From NCBI GenBank assembly GCA_951406725.2, contig OX597816.1, forward strand, positions 74,896,001 to 74,960,000: DNA of 64,000 nucleotides, in the 5' to 3' direction. Under the pieces are notes generated by a model. The model was not told where the DNA came from, searched no databases, and saw nothing but the letters and a program-made list of their open reading frames with translations. Position numbers and translations under genes: made by a program. How positions within the stretch are numbered: the first letter of the stretch is position 1; each line of letters begins with the position of its first letter. Of this stretch, positions 51,687 through 64,000 are shown in pieces. Origin of the DNA: Octopus vulgaris (taxonomy: Eukaryota).

Positions 51687-52202
51687 ATCGTCTTTATTAT
51701 TTTTTTTTTTTGTATATTCGTTTTTATTATTATTTGTCTCATGATTCTTAACGAAACAGTTTGAAGTTTCCTAAATTAGCCAACAGCATTCCAACTTTCT
51801 TTCTTCTCTGTTTAGTTGATCCATTTTTCTTTTGTATCTGAAAGTTCATTCTGCTTTCGTAATGCTTAACTAATATTTTAATACGTATTTATAAATTCTG
51901 ACGATTTAATACGTATTTATAAATTCTGACGATTTGCAAATCGATTTGCAAGAGATTTCTTCATCATTACTATAGTCCAAAAAGTACTTTTGAGGTAAGT
52001 TGCTGCTACACTATAAAAAAATGAATCTCAAGCTCCATTTGATTTTTATTCCACTAAGTTCAACCAAAATCGTTCCCTCTAAATTTTCAAATAAGATCTC
52101 TACTTACTTGCAGGTGTTGTTCTGCTTATTTTTGTCTTCTTTTTTTTTTGTATTTGAAAGTTCATTCTATCTTCATTATGTCATAATGTTTTAATGTTCG
52201 TA

Positions 52203-52605
52203 GGTGCAGGCGTGGCAGTGTAGAAAGAAGCTTGCTTACCAATCACTTGGTTCCGGGTTCAGTCCCACTGCGTGGCATCTTGACAGGTGTCTTCTACTCT
52301 AGCCTCGGGCCGACCCAAAGCCTTTTGAGTGGATTTGGTAGACGGGAACTGAAAGAAGCCCGTCGTATATAGGTGTGTGTATGTGTGTGTGTGTGTGTTT
52401 ATCCTCTCCTCCCACCGTTTGACAACCGGCGCTAATGAGTTTACGTCCCCATAATCTAGAAGTTCGGCAAAAGAGAACGATAGAATAAGTACCAAGCTTT
52501 TGAATAATAAGTGCTGGGGTTGATTTGTTCGACTAAAACGTTTTTCAAGGCGATAACCCATAATGGCAGCTGTCGAATGACTGAAATAAGTCAAAGATAA
52601 AAGGA
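52203..52605 (+). mobile_element. SINE family A, full length, diverged
   Basis: Head GGTGCAGGCGTGGCAGTGTAG..GGTTCAGTCCC to tail ATGACTGAAATAAG. Confidence 0.85.
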
Positions 52606-52754
52606 TAAATTCAGATGATTTTCTCGGCATAGCAACAATCTTAAGAAATGTTGATGCTAATTTAGCGTGCAGTTTACAGCATTATCTGTAATCTACGCTG
52701 TGAAGTTACATGATCTGGGTTAGGGTTATGAACACTCTCTCTACTCTCTCTTTT

Positions 52755-53146
52755 ACGCTTTTACTTGTTTCAGTCGTTTGACTGTGGCCATGTTGGAGCA
52801 CTGCCTTTAGTCGAGCAAATCGACCCCAGAACTTCTTTGTAAGCCTAGTACTTATACTATCGGTCTCCTTTGCCGAACCGCTACGTTACGGGGACGTAAA
52901 CACACCAGCATCAGTTGTCAAATGATGTTGGGGGGACAAACACAGACACACAAACATATACACACACATATACATTATATACGGAGGGCCTCTTTCAGTT
53001 TCCGTCTACCAAATCCACTCACAAAGCTTTGGTCGGCCCGAGGCTATAGTAGAAGACATCTGCCCAAGGTGCCACACAGTGAGACTGAATCTGGAACCAT
53101 GTGGTTGGTAAGCAAGCTACTTACCACACAGCCACTCCTACGCCTG
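52755..53146 (-). mobile_element. SINE family A, full length
   Basis: Reverse complement of the consensus; tail-to-tail with 52203-52605. Confidence 0.88.
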
Positions 53147-53317
53147 CACTTTGAAATTACAGATTAAAAATTCAGACGGTTTTCTAATGACGTTTGAATA
53201 TGTTGGAAAAATATTTCTTTGTGACGAACCCACTTCATACCATCAACATTCAAACAGTGGTCATCCTGTTTTCTTTTCTGTCATACGTATTCAGGATTAT
53301 ATTATCCAGCATATTGA

Positions 53318-53525
53318 TATCAAATTTTGGCACAATGCCAGCATGTTCGGGGGAAGGTGTAGTCGATTACATCGACCCTCCTTTACTCAATTGATACTTA
53401 TTTTATCGACCCAGCAAGGTTGAAAGGCAAAGTTGACCTCAGTGGAATTTGAACTCAGAACGTAAAGACGGACGAAATACTGCTAAACATGTTGTCCCAC
53501 GAGCTAACGATTCTGCTAGCTCGCT
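53318..53525 (-). mobile_element. SINE family B
   Basis: CAAATTTTGGCACAA tail, core GAAAGGCAAAGTTGACC..GAATTTGAACTCAGAACG, head. Confidence 0.8.
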
Positions 53526-54462
53526 GCTGCCATCGTAAACCACTCAGTCGAAAATGAATTAACCCTGGGGATTAACCCTGTGTTGGGCAAGCCCTTCATT
53601 AAGGGCAAGGCCTGTCTTGAACCTTCAGTCGCCTAAACACCTGTGAAATCCGGATATATTCTGGCTTAATCCCTCCGTAAACTAAAGACAATTTCTTTTT
53701 TATAAATCCAATTTTTTTAAAAGGTAGTATAATATTTTGATAATTTGCTAGTAATACATTTTAAAACTAGTACTGTTTAATGCATAGGTTTAAAAATTCT
53801 CGAGTTTCATGTTTCATGTGTAATATTTGGTAATTTAATCTTTCTAGTTTTAGCAAAGATAGGAGGAGGAACGCTATTTGTTGCAGGTTTCAATGACCGC
53901 CTTAGCAGCTCTGATGCAGCAGGAATTCCAATCTCGAGTATCCAATTCGCAGAGACCTCAGTTATTTTTGATATATTCCATCTGCTATATATTCATTGTA
54001 ACAACAACCTTCAAATTGTCACAAATCTATTGGTATTATATTCTACACGAATTCAATTTTTTACATTTTATCCTTACGTCGATAAAATAAAAGTAGCAGT
54101 CCAGTTAATGAGATCGATTTAATTGAATACTCTCCCCAAAATATGTGACCTCTTGCCAATATTAGAAATCAGTTTTTTTGCTGCTTTCATTTTCGTTTTC
54201 TGTTTTGTTGTTTTTTTTACATAGTTCTAAATTTCTCAAATGTTATTTTTATCTAGTTTACATAACTGACTGGAATCGTTGGCAGCTTGCTACCACAACG
54301 TAACAAAACTTTGATTCACTCTTCGTAAGCAGAAATCGATGTCGTTCAAGAGTACAAATTCCCGTAAAGAAATAAACGGAACAAAATCTGCTTTATGAAT
54401 ACCGAATTTACACTAACAGCCAAGGAACCGAGTTGCGTTTTGACAGTTTCTTGTGTTTAACT

Positions 54463-55130
54463 CAGTGGTTCTCAACCGAAGTTCATATGGCCCTTGGGGA
54501 TCCATATAAAACTTTTGGGGGGTTCATACAAAATAGTAAATTGGGGATCCACAATAGTATTATAAGGGCCCCTGAAAAAATTTTGCTTGAGATTTATGTA
54601 TTGATATGTGTTGCAAGGGGAGGCGCAATGGCCCAGTAGTTAGGGCAGCGGACTCGCGGTCGGAGGATCGCGGTTTCGATTCCCAGACCGGGCGTTGTGT
54701 GTGTTTATTGAGCGAAAACACCTAAAGCTCCACGAGGCTCCGGCAGGGGGTGGTGGCAACCCCTGTTGCACTCTTTCGCCCCAACTTTCTCTCACTCCCT
54801 CTTCCTGTTTCTTGAGTAACGCTGCGATGTACTGGCGTCCCGTCCAGCTGGGGCGGGGGGACACATACGCTATAGAAACCGGGCCCATGAGCCTGGCTAG
54901 GCTTGAAAAGGGCGCATAAATAAAAAATAAAATGTGTTGCAAGGAACAGCTAGGTTTCTTTCTCTAACATTTTACACAGTTCAACACTACACAAGTTAAT
55001 ATATATAAAAAAAAAATAGGAATTTTGAAAGTATCTATAAAATAAGTTTTTAAACAATAAATAGCGACGAGAGCCCACCAGAATGAAATAATGATCAAAA
55101 GAGTCCATAGATAAGAAAAGATGGTAGTCT
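54463..55130. mobile_element. hAT (Charlie-like) MITE interrupted by a SINE
   Basis: Left end CAGTGGTTCTCAACC; right end decayed; SINE inserted with TSD. Confidence 0.5.
54619..54931 (+). mobile_element. SINE family C, full length, 13-bp TSD
   Basis: TSD ATGTGTTGCAAGG at 54606-18 and 54932-44; tRNA head; CTGCGATGTACTGGCGTCCCGTCCAG block and GAAACCGGGCCCATGAGCC tail. Confidence 0.92.
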
Positions 55131-55524
55131 TGCAAGGTTTTCTAGTAGACTCTGCAGCAACTCATACTAAGGATGAGAATTTTGTAAATCCACAAGCTTT
55201 TATAAGCGTTGGTAGCCCTCTTATCTTCTGATTCAAGTGTGAATGCATCATATAGAGAATCGTGCATGAGAGGCGATTTTTCTTTTCTATTATCAGTTAT
55301 CAGATTGCGCCCTTGCTGGAGCACTACCTTCAAGGCTTTTTAGTTAATTTTATCATTCCCGTTAATCTGTGTAGTACTTATCTTATCGCTCTCTTCAGGG
55401 ACGGAATGCATAACCGATCCATCGTAACGAGAGGTAAACGGTAGTGTACAACATAAAAGGTAATTTTTGCAATTTTTGTTCAATATATCGATTGTGCAAT
55501 TCTTCGACGATTTATATATACACA

Positions 55525-55915
55525 GAGTGGCTGTGTGATAAGTAGCTTGCTTACCAGCCACATGGTTCTGGGTTCAGCCCCACTGCGTGGCACCTTGGGC
55601 AAGTGTTTTCTACTATAGCCTCGGGCCGGCCAAAGCCTTGTGAGTGCATTTGGCGAACGGAAACTGAAAGAAGCCTGTCGTATATATGTACATATATATG
55701 TATATGTATGTGTGTGTATATGTTTGTGTTTGTCCCCCCCAACATCGCTTGACAACCGATGCTGGTGTGTTTACGTCCCCGTAACTTATTGCTTCAGCAA
55801 AAGAGACCGATAGAGCAAGTACTAGGCTTACAAAGAATAAGTCCTGGGGGTTGATTTGCTCGACTAAAGGCGGTGCTCCAGCATGGCCGCAGTCAAATGA
55901 CTGAAACAAGTAAGA
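55525..55915 (+). mobile_element. SINE family A, full length
   Basis: Consensus head, internal TA/TG tract, CR1-like tail. Confidence 0.9.
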
Positions 55916-56082
55916 GATTAAAATAGTATGCGAGCGAGTGTATGTGTGTGTGCTGGGGGGTGGGGGCGAACGTGTTTGTGCGGGGGTCATATCCTCATGG
56001 ATTAAATATCAGTGAAACATTTACACAAGATTCCGCAGTCAGATCGGAAGCAAAACGGCGTGCTTTTGTGTATTCTTTCCAC

Positions 56083-56115
<33 letters not shown>

Positions 56116-56193
56116 TGCACACACACATGCACGCACATGCACACACACGCACTCACACACATACACATACATACTCATACACATACGTATATG

Positions 56194-56235
<42 letters not shown>

Positions 56236-56353
56236 AATTTACATATATACATGCAAATATACTTATCCATACCTACATATATATAACGCTTGTGCGTGTA
56301 TGCGTGTGTATATGTATATATGTATTATATATATTATATATATATGTGTGTGT

Positions 56354-56417
<64 letters not shown>

Positions 56418-56517
56418 AGATAGTAAGGGATTACACACATACATTTTGTTACGACTTTTCCTAGTTTCTTTCACCGTCACTTTTGCCCCGTTTGATGCTA
56501 TAATTCTTTCAACACGT

Positions 56518-57015
56518 CTTCTTCTTCTTCTTCTTCTTCTTCTTCTTCTTCTTCTTCTTCTTCTTCTTCTTCTTTTTCTTCTTCTTCTTCTTCTTCTTTT
56601 TCTTCTTCTTCTTCTTCTTATTCTTCTTCTTTTTCTTCTTCTTCTTTTTCTTCTTCTTCTTATTCTTCTTCTTCTTCTTCTTCTTCTTCTTCTTCTTCTT
56701 CTTCTTCTTCTTCTTCTTCTTCTTCTTCTTCTTCTGCTGCTGCTGCTGCTTCTGCTTCTTCTTCTTCATCATCATCTTCATCTCCTCCTCCTCCTCCTCC
56801 TCCCCATTCTTCCTCTTTTTATTATCATTATTCGTATTCTTTTTCTTCTCTCCTATCATCATCACCACTGCCGCTGCCACCATGAACACCATCACCTCAA
56901 CCACAACCATCATCATTATCATTATCATCATCTTCATCACCTCCACCACCACCACCACTATCATCATCACCTCAACTACAACCATCATCATCATCATCGT
57001 CATCATCATCATCTT
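56518..57015. repeat. (CTT)n / (CAT,CAC)n microsatellite
   Basis: Seen directly. Confidence 0.95.
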
Positions 57016-57272
57016 CAATTCTCACTTACAGTCTTCTTTCTCACTCTGCTCTTCCGCTCTACCTTCTCTTCCCATTCCTCTTCATGTCTCTGTCTCTCCA
57101 CCACCCCAACTCTATGCGTCCCTCTACTTCACCCTATCTACCTAACCATACTTCTCCCCCTCCACTTCTTCAAAATAATTTTTCCCTGTGCTCTATCATA
57201 TTTCAACTCAAAACACATTGCCATCTCGGTTTTCGTTCTTCTCCCAAAGAGCTTTCATTTTTATATCTCGAG

Positions 57273-57323
<51 letters not shown>

Positions 57324-57387
57324 AGCATCTCTACGTCTTCGACGTTACTTTTCGAACAGATTGAATACATATCAGTAATAGTAGTTC

Positions 57388-57812
57388 TATTTCTTATTTC
57401 TTTACTACCGACAGGCGGCTAAACACAGAGGTGACAAACAAAGACAGACAAACGGATTAAGTCGATTATATCGACCCCAGTGCGTAACTGGTACTTATTT
57501 AATCGACCCCGAAAGGATGAAAGGTAAAGTCGACCTCGACGGAATTTGAACTCAGAACGTAGCGGCAGACGAAATACCTATTTCTTTACTACCCACAAGG
57601 GGCTAAACACAGAGGTGACAAACAAGGACAAACAAACGGATTAAGTCGATTACATCGAACTCAGTGCGTAACTGGTACTTATTTAATCGACCCCGAAAGG
57701 ATGAAAGGTAAAGTCGACCTCGGCGGAATTTGAACTCAGAACGTAAAGGTAGACGAAATGCAGCTATGCATTTCTTCCGGCGTGCTAACGATTCTGCCAG
57801 CTCACCACCTTT
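57388..57812 (-). mobile_element. SINE family B tandem dimer (junction 57578/57579)
   Basis: Two ~190-bp monomers; junction GACGAAATACC|TATTTCTTTACTACCCACAAGGGG identical to 1709/1710. Confidence 0.9.
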
Positions 57813-57949
57813 ATCAGTTGACATTCTCGATATGACCATCCCGACATTTTCAGACATAATATATCTAGAAGTACTTCTAATATATCTTCCTTCTGAGAAT
57901 GCAGTGATGGCGCGTGACTATTTAGAGTATATTTAGAGTATTCGCCTTG

Positions 57950-58240
57950 TGATCGTACTTTCGTGAGTTCGATTCCTAGCATCTCCTTGTGTCCGTGAGC
58001 ATAATACTTTTATTTCTAGTTTCTCTAGTCCACTCAGCTGACAAAAATTAGCAATACCTGTATTTCAAAGAACCAGCCTTGTCATATTCTGTGTCATGAT
58101 GAGTCTTCTTGAGAACTACGTTAAGGCTATGCGTGTCTGTGGAATCCTCAGCCACTTGCACGTTAACTTGAAGAGCAGGTTGTTCCGTTGATCGGATGAA
58201 CTGGAACCCTCATCGTCGTAACCGACGGAGTGTCTGTTTT
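57950..58240 (+). mobile_element. CORE-type SINE with a different tail
   Basis: GAGTTCGATTCCT, CCACTCAGCTGACAAAAA, tail ..CTGGAACCCTCATCGTCGTAACCGACGGAGTG. Confidence 0.55.
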
Positions 58241-58396
58241 TTTAAGACTATAAAGTGTGATTTGCGGAAGATTTGGTTGCTATTTCGTGTCTGATCGAGT
58301 GACAGTCGTGAGACCTTTACGGTGGTTTATTTGTTACTGGTTGTAAAGATATGAGATTGCTTTACATTTATGGAGGGAGCATATATAGAAAGGTGT

Positions 58397-58598
58397 GGTG
58401 AGCTGACAGAATCATTAGCAAAATGTTTAGGGCAAAATGTCGGACAAAATGCTTAGGGCATTTCGTCTGTCTTTGCGTTTTGAGTTTAAATTCCGCTTTT
58501 CGTCCTTTCGGGGTCGATATAATAAGTACTGAGGTCGATGTAATCGAATTCCACCTCCCATCGAGACTGCTGTCCATGTGCCAAAATTTGAAACCAAT
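58397..58598 (+). mobile_element. SINE family B (decayed)
   Basis: GGTGAGCTGACAGAATCATTAGCA...GTGCCAAAATTTGAAACCAA. Confidence 0.75.
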
Positions 58599-59401
58599 AT
58601 ATGTAAAAGAGGGAAAAAATAGAATATTTATGTACTTATATGCAAGCAAGCAAGCGTGTGTGTGTATGTGTGTGTAAAGAATACACAAACGCGCGAGGAA
58701 AATGGGAGTCGGTACCATTCTTGCTTTCGGTAAGATACTTAACGTCTCAAGTGAACCGACGTGAACTATGAATCAACTATAGTACTAATATTACAGAAAG
58801 TTATTGACACCAAGGTGACATTTACTACAATTTTTGGTTCTTTTTGTTTTATTTTTTATTAATTAACTTAGGTATGTGAGAAGCAGTGTTCATGGGCTTT
58901 TTCAGAATTTCCGAGACTGATAGGAGGAAGGGTGAAAGTTATCCTCAAATTGGACACCTAGTTTAAATGAATAATCTCAAGAGAGTGGATTTGGCTAAAA
59001 GTATTCCAAATCCAGGTTATGAATCTTAAAAAGGCGACAGAAAGTCTACCACCAATATATGGTGGCTTCTTCCGTAGTGAACGACAGATGAAGGTTCTGC
59101 AATTTGGTCCCTTTATTTTGATGTCGAGCTGAGCATTTTATGGTACAGACTGGTGATCTTGAATAGGTTTAAACTTTATGTTGTGAGAAGCGAGCTCTGC
59201 CTCGTTGCGTGCAATACGAATTCAAAATGACTACAAACGAAATCATTTGAAGTAGGTTTTTATTGGTGACTCTGCTTGAGATTCATATGAAGCTGATCAC
59301 GATATTTCTATTTACTCAATTCAAACTGTTTTAAGCTAGTAAAACACGTTGTATTCCATTTATTTTGTTTTTCATCAAGATCAATATTACAATTCTTGAC
59401 A

Positions 59402-59620
59402 AGGTGACGAGCTAGCAGAATCGTTAGCATACCGGGCAAAATGCTTAACGGCATGTCGTCCCGTCTTTACGTTCTGAGTTCAAATTCCCCGGAGGTCGAC
59501 TTTCCTTTTCATCCTTTCTGGGTCGATAACGTAAATACCAGTTGAGCGCTGGGATCGAAGCAATTGACTTACCCAGTCCCTTGAAATTGCTGGGCTTGTG
59601 CCAAAATTTGAAACCAATAT
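59402..59620 (+). mobile_element. SINE family B
   Basis: GAGCTAGCAGAATCGTTAGCA...GGTCGACTTTCCTTTTCATCCTTTC...CTTGTGCCAAAATTTGAAACCAAT. Confidence 0.82.
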
Positions 59621-60604
59621 TACAACAGTTGAATTAAGTTTATCTTTGTAATCTTAAGTTTATCTTTGTAATGTAAGAGAGGACTACGAACAGGGCGTTT
59701 GCTGTTCCAAAACTAACCGACCAGCTGTTTGGGGAGCCTATATCTTTCATTCGAACCAAGTGTCATGCCCTTCTAAACTATCTTCATTAGAACAGCTTCA
59801 ATACCAGTTATGTTATATCGTTGAAATATTTCACTGTTTCTAACTTTCTTTGCTACTTAATACCACCTCTATTCTCAAGTATAGATCCTTAAATTTAGTT
59901 CGAATGTGTTACGAACTTCTGATCTTAAGTATCCTTTAACAAGATACAAACTCTGGACTGTTGCTTCGTTGTTTGGTGGCCTATCAATTCGGTCATCTGC
60001 TGCATCTGTCATTATAAAAATACCCATTGAAAACACATAAAGGTGTATTATTATGTGTGCTATTCAGGGATCTCAAAGACAAACACTAGATAAGGAACCA
60101 AGATGACGTAGCACTAAAACTTAGAAAGCAAAAAAAAAAAATCAGAAAAGCATGTATAGTAAAGTCATAGAAAGATAATAAAAGAAACAAATTTGTCAAG
60201 AAACAAATCATTTAGATTAATCTTCTACGTCCAATCTTTCTAATATTTACATTGAAAGAAACATTTAGACCAACACTTCTCCTTCGTAGTGTAAATGATA
60301 TTCTTCTGACGTAGTACAGGAGCGTTCGATTCTTTTCTTTTTTATCGTTTACTTATTGCAGTCATTGAAGTGCGACCATGCTGGAAAACTACCATTAAGT
60401 GCTTAGTCGAGAAAATCGACAACTTCCCGCCCTTACTGATCGAATATCAATAGCAATGTAATATGCGACAGTAAAATCGCAAAAAAAAAGATATATGAAT
60501 GTAAAAGAATTAAATTCTGAAGTTACATATAGATCTTATAAATCCGCTAGCAAATAGAGTTGATTGAAATAAGGCAGTGAACTTTCGCATTTAGTTAAAA
60601 AATA

Positions 60605-60850
60605 AAAATAAATGTTCCTTCTCAAGCCATGCCAGGCTCATAAGGGCTGGTTTCCCGGTTTCAGTGGCGTAGAAATTCCCCACCAGGACGGGACGCCGGT
60701 CCGACGCAGGATTACTCATTTTTGTCTGCTGAGTGGACTGGAGCAAGTGAAAATGAAGTGTTTTGCTCGAGAACACAATGGTCTAGGAATCGAAACCACA
60801 ACCATACGATCATGAGTTCAACACCCTAACCACTAAGCCACGCACCTCCA
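60605..60850 (-). mobile_element. tRNA SINE with CORE-like block plus family C tail Z
   Basis: Minus strand: GGAGGTGCGTGGCTTAGTGGTTAGGG..GGTTTCGATTCC..GAGCAAAACACTT..CCAGTCCACTCAGC..CCTGCGTCGGACCGGCGTCCCGTCC..GAAACCGGGAAACCAGCCCTTATGAGCC. Confidence 0.8.
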
Positions 60851-61201
60851 TTTTGCATTTAGTTACTACTTTTTTATATTCCCGCTTTATTATTCCTTGT
60901 TTTATTTTCCTGTACATATATTATTTGGGGGATACTATATAATAACGGAGGTGTATTACGATCTCTCAGAAACATCAGCTGTTATATAGCTAAATCATTA
61001 TTCAATATATTATAATAGTCTATTATTGAACTCTTTATATAATCTCTTGCTCCAGAACGAGTATACTTACACATATTTGTGTAAGTGTGTACATGTGAGT
61101 GCATCTATGTATTTGTCGAAAGAGGCGGAGAATAAAGAAATGGAAAAGAGAAAGAAAAATAAGAACAAACGTAGCCTCATATATATATATATATATATAT
61201 A

Positions 61202-61977
61202 GTCTGTGTTCCGTGTTCGTCCCTTCCTGTATTTCACGTTCATTATATATAAAAACATTCATTCTTATATTATTGCGGCGTTACGTGCACCCCCCCGTTT
61301 GTTTGTCCAATTTTAAACCCTGCACGACTTCTATACACACTGTCTTTTACTACCCGCCATTGCTTCTTCACCAAACTTTTTGGCGCCCTCCGATTCTTCC
61401 CCTCTCTTCCTCCCATCCTCCTCCCTCTTCCTCCCATCCTCCTTAATCCCTTCTTTCTCCTTCTCTCTTGGTCACTGATTCTGTCCCCTGCCTTCCACCC
61501 TCTTTGATTCCCTCTCTCTCTGTCTCTCTTTCTCTCTCTCCTGCGACCTGCTGCTTCTTAAACCATTCTGTTGGCCTTCGTATCTCGACCAACATGTGTC
61601 CCCGCTACCGAAACGGTAATTATTTCTACGCCAGCTATGTTGTTGTTGTGTTTTTGTCTCATTTGGTCTAAAGTCGTATGACAACCACCGTTCTATATAT
61701 TTTGTTTATTCATTACTGTTTTCAATTTCGTTTTCGTCTCTTGTATTCACATCCGTCTTGTGCGTTCACATTCCTGTCTTCTACCAAGAAATCTAATGCT
61801 TACAGCTTAGTTTTTTTTCTTGGGGCTGGCCGAGTTGGAGCAAATATCAGAATTGAACAGCCGAAATTTGCTATGATGATTCGGTGTCTGACTGAAGATT
61901 GAAGGCTTCGAATGATTTGTCTGTGTTCCGTGTTCGTCCCTTCCTGTATTTCACGTTCATTATATATAAAAACATTC

Positions 61978-61980
<3 letters not shown>
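61202..61980 (+). mobile_element. Non-coding element bounded by identical 62-bp direct repeats within (TA)n
   Basis: GTCTGTGTTCCGTGTTCGTCCCTTCCTGTATTTCACGTTCATTATATATAAAAACATTCATT at 61202-63 and 61919-80. Confidence 0.8.
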
Positions 61981-62029
<49 letters not shown>

Positions 62030-62104
62030 TTTTCCTGAGCGCCTAATAATAATACTTTAATTGTTCCACGTGTTGTTGTTTTTTCTGTTTTCCCGTTTGG
62101 ATTA

Positions 62105-62140
<36 letters not shown>

Positions 62141-62952
62141 TATCTACGCGTGTGCGTGTGTGTGTATACATAAATAAAGAGAGAAAGCATATATTTATAT
62201 GTATAAATGAATGGGTGGCAGTATGTATGTCTGTAAGCATACACACACATACTTATACAAAGATGCATATATATGTACGTAAATACATGTGTAAGCATAC
62301 ACGTATATATACATAAACATACATTTATACACGCATATATATATATATATATATATACAAGTATGTGTGTGCATATATAGATGTATATGTACATTTATAA
62401 ATCTGTGTGTGTATGTATATGTGTATGCATATATACGTGTACATACATATATGTGTCTATGCATGCAAACACACACACACATACATACAGATAGACAGAC
62501 ATGCATACATACATACATACATACATACATACATACATACATACATACATGCATATATATATATATATATAAAGGGAAAGTTTACATACATACACACACA
62601 CACTTTACACACTCAACATGATAATATATATAAGTTCTTGGAGTATATGAAGAAATAAAGGTATGGCAAAGTGATGGTAGGGTGATAAGGTGGTAGATTT
62701 GCTGCAGTATGGTCAGTCACTAATGAGAAACTAACAATTATAGATATGAGGATAACACTGTAGAAACGGAAAATAAAGTTCAAAGGATTCCTGAAATAAT
62801 GATCATGTACATTTGAATGGGACATGACAGTGAATCTTAGATTATGCAAGTGTAGATTAGTGTGTGGTGTATATTTATAGAAACACATGCGCACACACCC
62901 GTATATGCACAGACACACTTGCACACATGAACACAGACACACACACTCAAAC

Positions 62953-63021
<69 letters not shown>

Positions 63022-63052
63022 TGTGCGTGTGTGTGTGTAGATACTTATGTGC

Positions 63053-63092
<40 letters not shown>

Positions 63093-63337
63093 CTCTGTGT
63101 GTGTCTGTGTGTGTGTGTGTGTGTGTGGAAAGAGAGAGAGAGACAAAGTGAGAATGCGATAGACAGACAGAAAGAGATAGAGAGAGAGGGAGAGCGCTAC
63201 ATACATATAAATATATATGCTTATATATACACATATGTGTGCGTGTATATATATATATATATATACCGGAGTAAGCACATAAATGTGAAACAAGGTGGAA
63301 AAAAGAGTACTCAAATACTAGAGGTAGAGTAATATGC

Positions 63338-63576
<239 letters not shown>

Positions 63577-64000
63577 GTATACATATATATATATATATGG
63601 GTATGTATGCATATGTTTGTATATACATGTGTCTGTATTTTGTATCTATGTATGCATTTGTGTATACAAAAATGAGCTAAGAGAAATAACTTGACGTGGC
63701 CATGGCTTGCATTTGAATAGCGCAGACACATGCCAGTATATTAAGTACCTTACATCAGAACTTCTTGATTTATTAAGATTAGCTCCGCCTCTAGAGAATG
63801 TATCATAATTACCATACTGTAAGTATGACCAACTCCTCTTGGGAAGGAGGGATGACTTCATTGTTCAAGAATCCTCCAAAACTGACATGCTATTAGGGAA
63901 AGGAACAGGATTATTGTCAAGAGATAAGGGGACCGTTGTGGAACGTGTTTCTGGTCCCACTGCGTGGCATCTTTGCAAGTGTCTTCTACTATAGTCACGA

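Noticed and set aside
51877-51951. 28-bp tandem duplication followed by the palindrome TTGCAAATCGATTTGCAA
   Set aside because: Small local slippage or repair scar with no further support.
54619-54692. tRNA-like sequence (also 32165-32225 and other SINE heads)
   Set aside because: Continues into a SINE body and tail with a TSD; a SINE head, not a tRNA gene.
56290-57378. 362-aa poly-Leu/His ORF and the antisense poly-Lys ORF
   Set aside because: Product of (CTT)n and (CAT)n repeats.

Overview
AT-rich eukaryotic DNA dense in microsatellites, with no recognisable host protein-coding gene. The tRNA-derived SINE families and (TA)n/(CA)n load suggest a cephalopod (Octopus-like) intron or intergenic region; this is inference. 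Almost all non-microsatellite sequence is transposon-derived. It includes four tRNA-SINE families with interchangeable 3' tails, CR1 LINE pieces (one 448-aa RT ORF), two Tc1 copies, mariner, Tigger and DD40/41D remnants, several MITEs and decayed Penelope-like elements (PLEs). Two things stand out. (1) About ten hammerhead-ribozyme (HHR) motifs from several unrelated non-coding PLE/retrozyme-like families. One intact-core HHR is duplicated in a 1.67-kb inverted repeat (37237-41205), and four families share a CCGANGA core variant. (2) A head-to-tail array of three diverged L1/Tx1-type ORF1 (gag-like) paralogues with no ORF2 (27515-31698, minus strand). Two of them carry an unrecognised C-terminal domain and a 3' tail that resembles a SINE tail in the same window. 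Most ORFs in the supplied track are microsatellite artefacts. All family assignments are by eye from motifs, and degraded-element boundaries are approximate.
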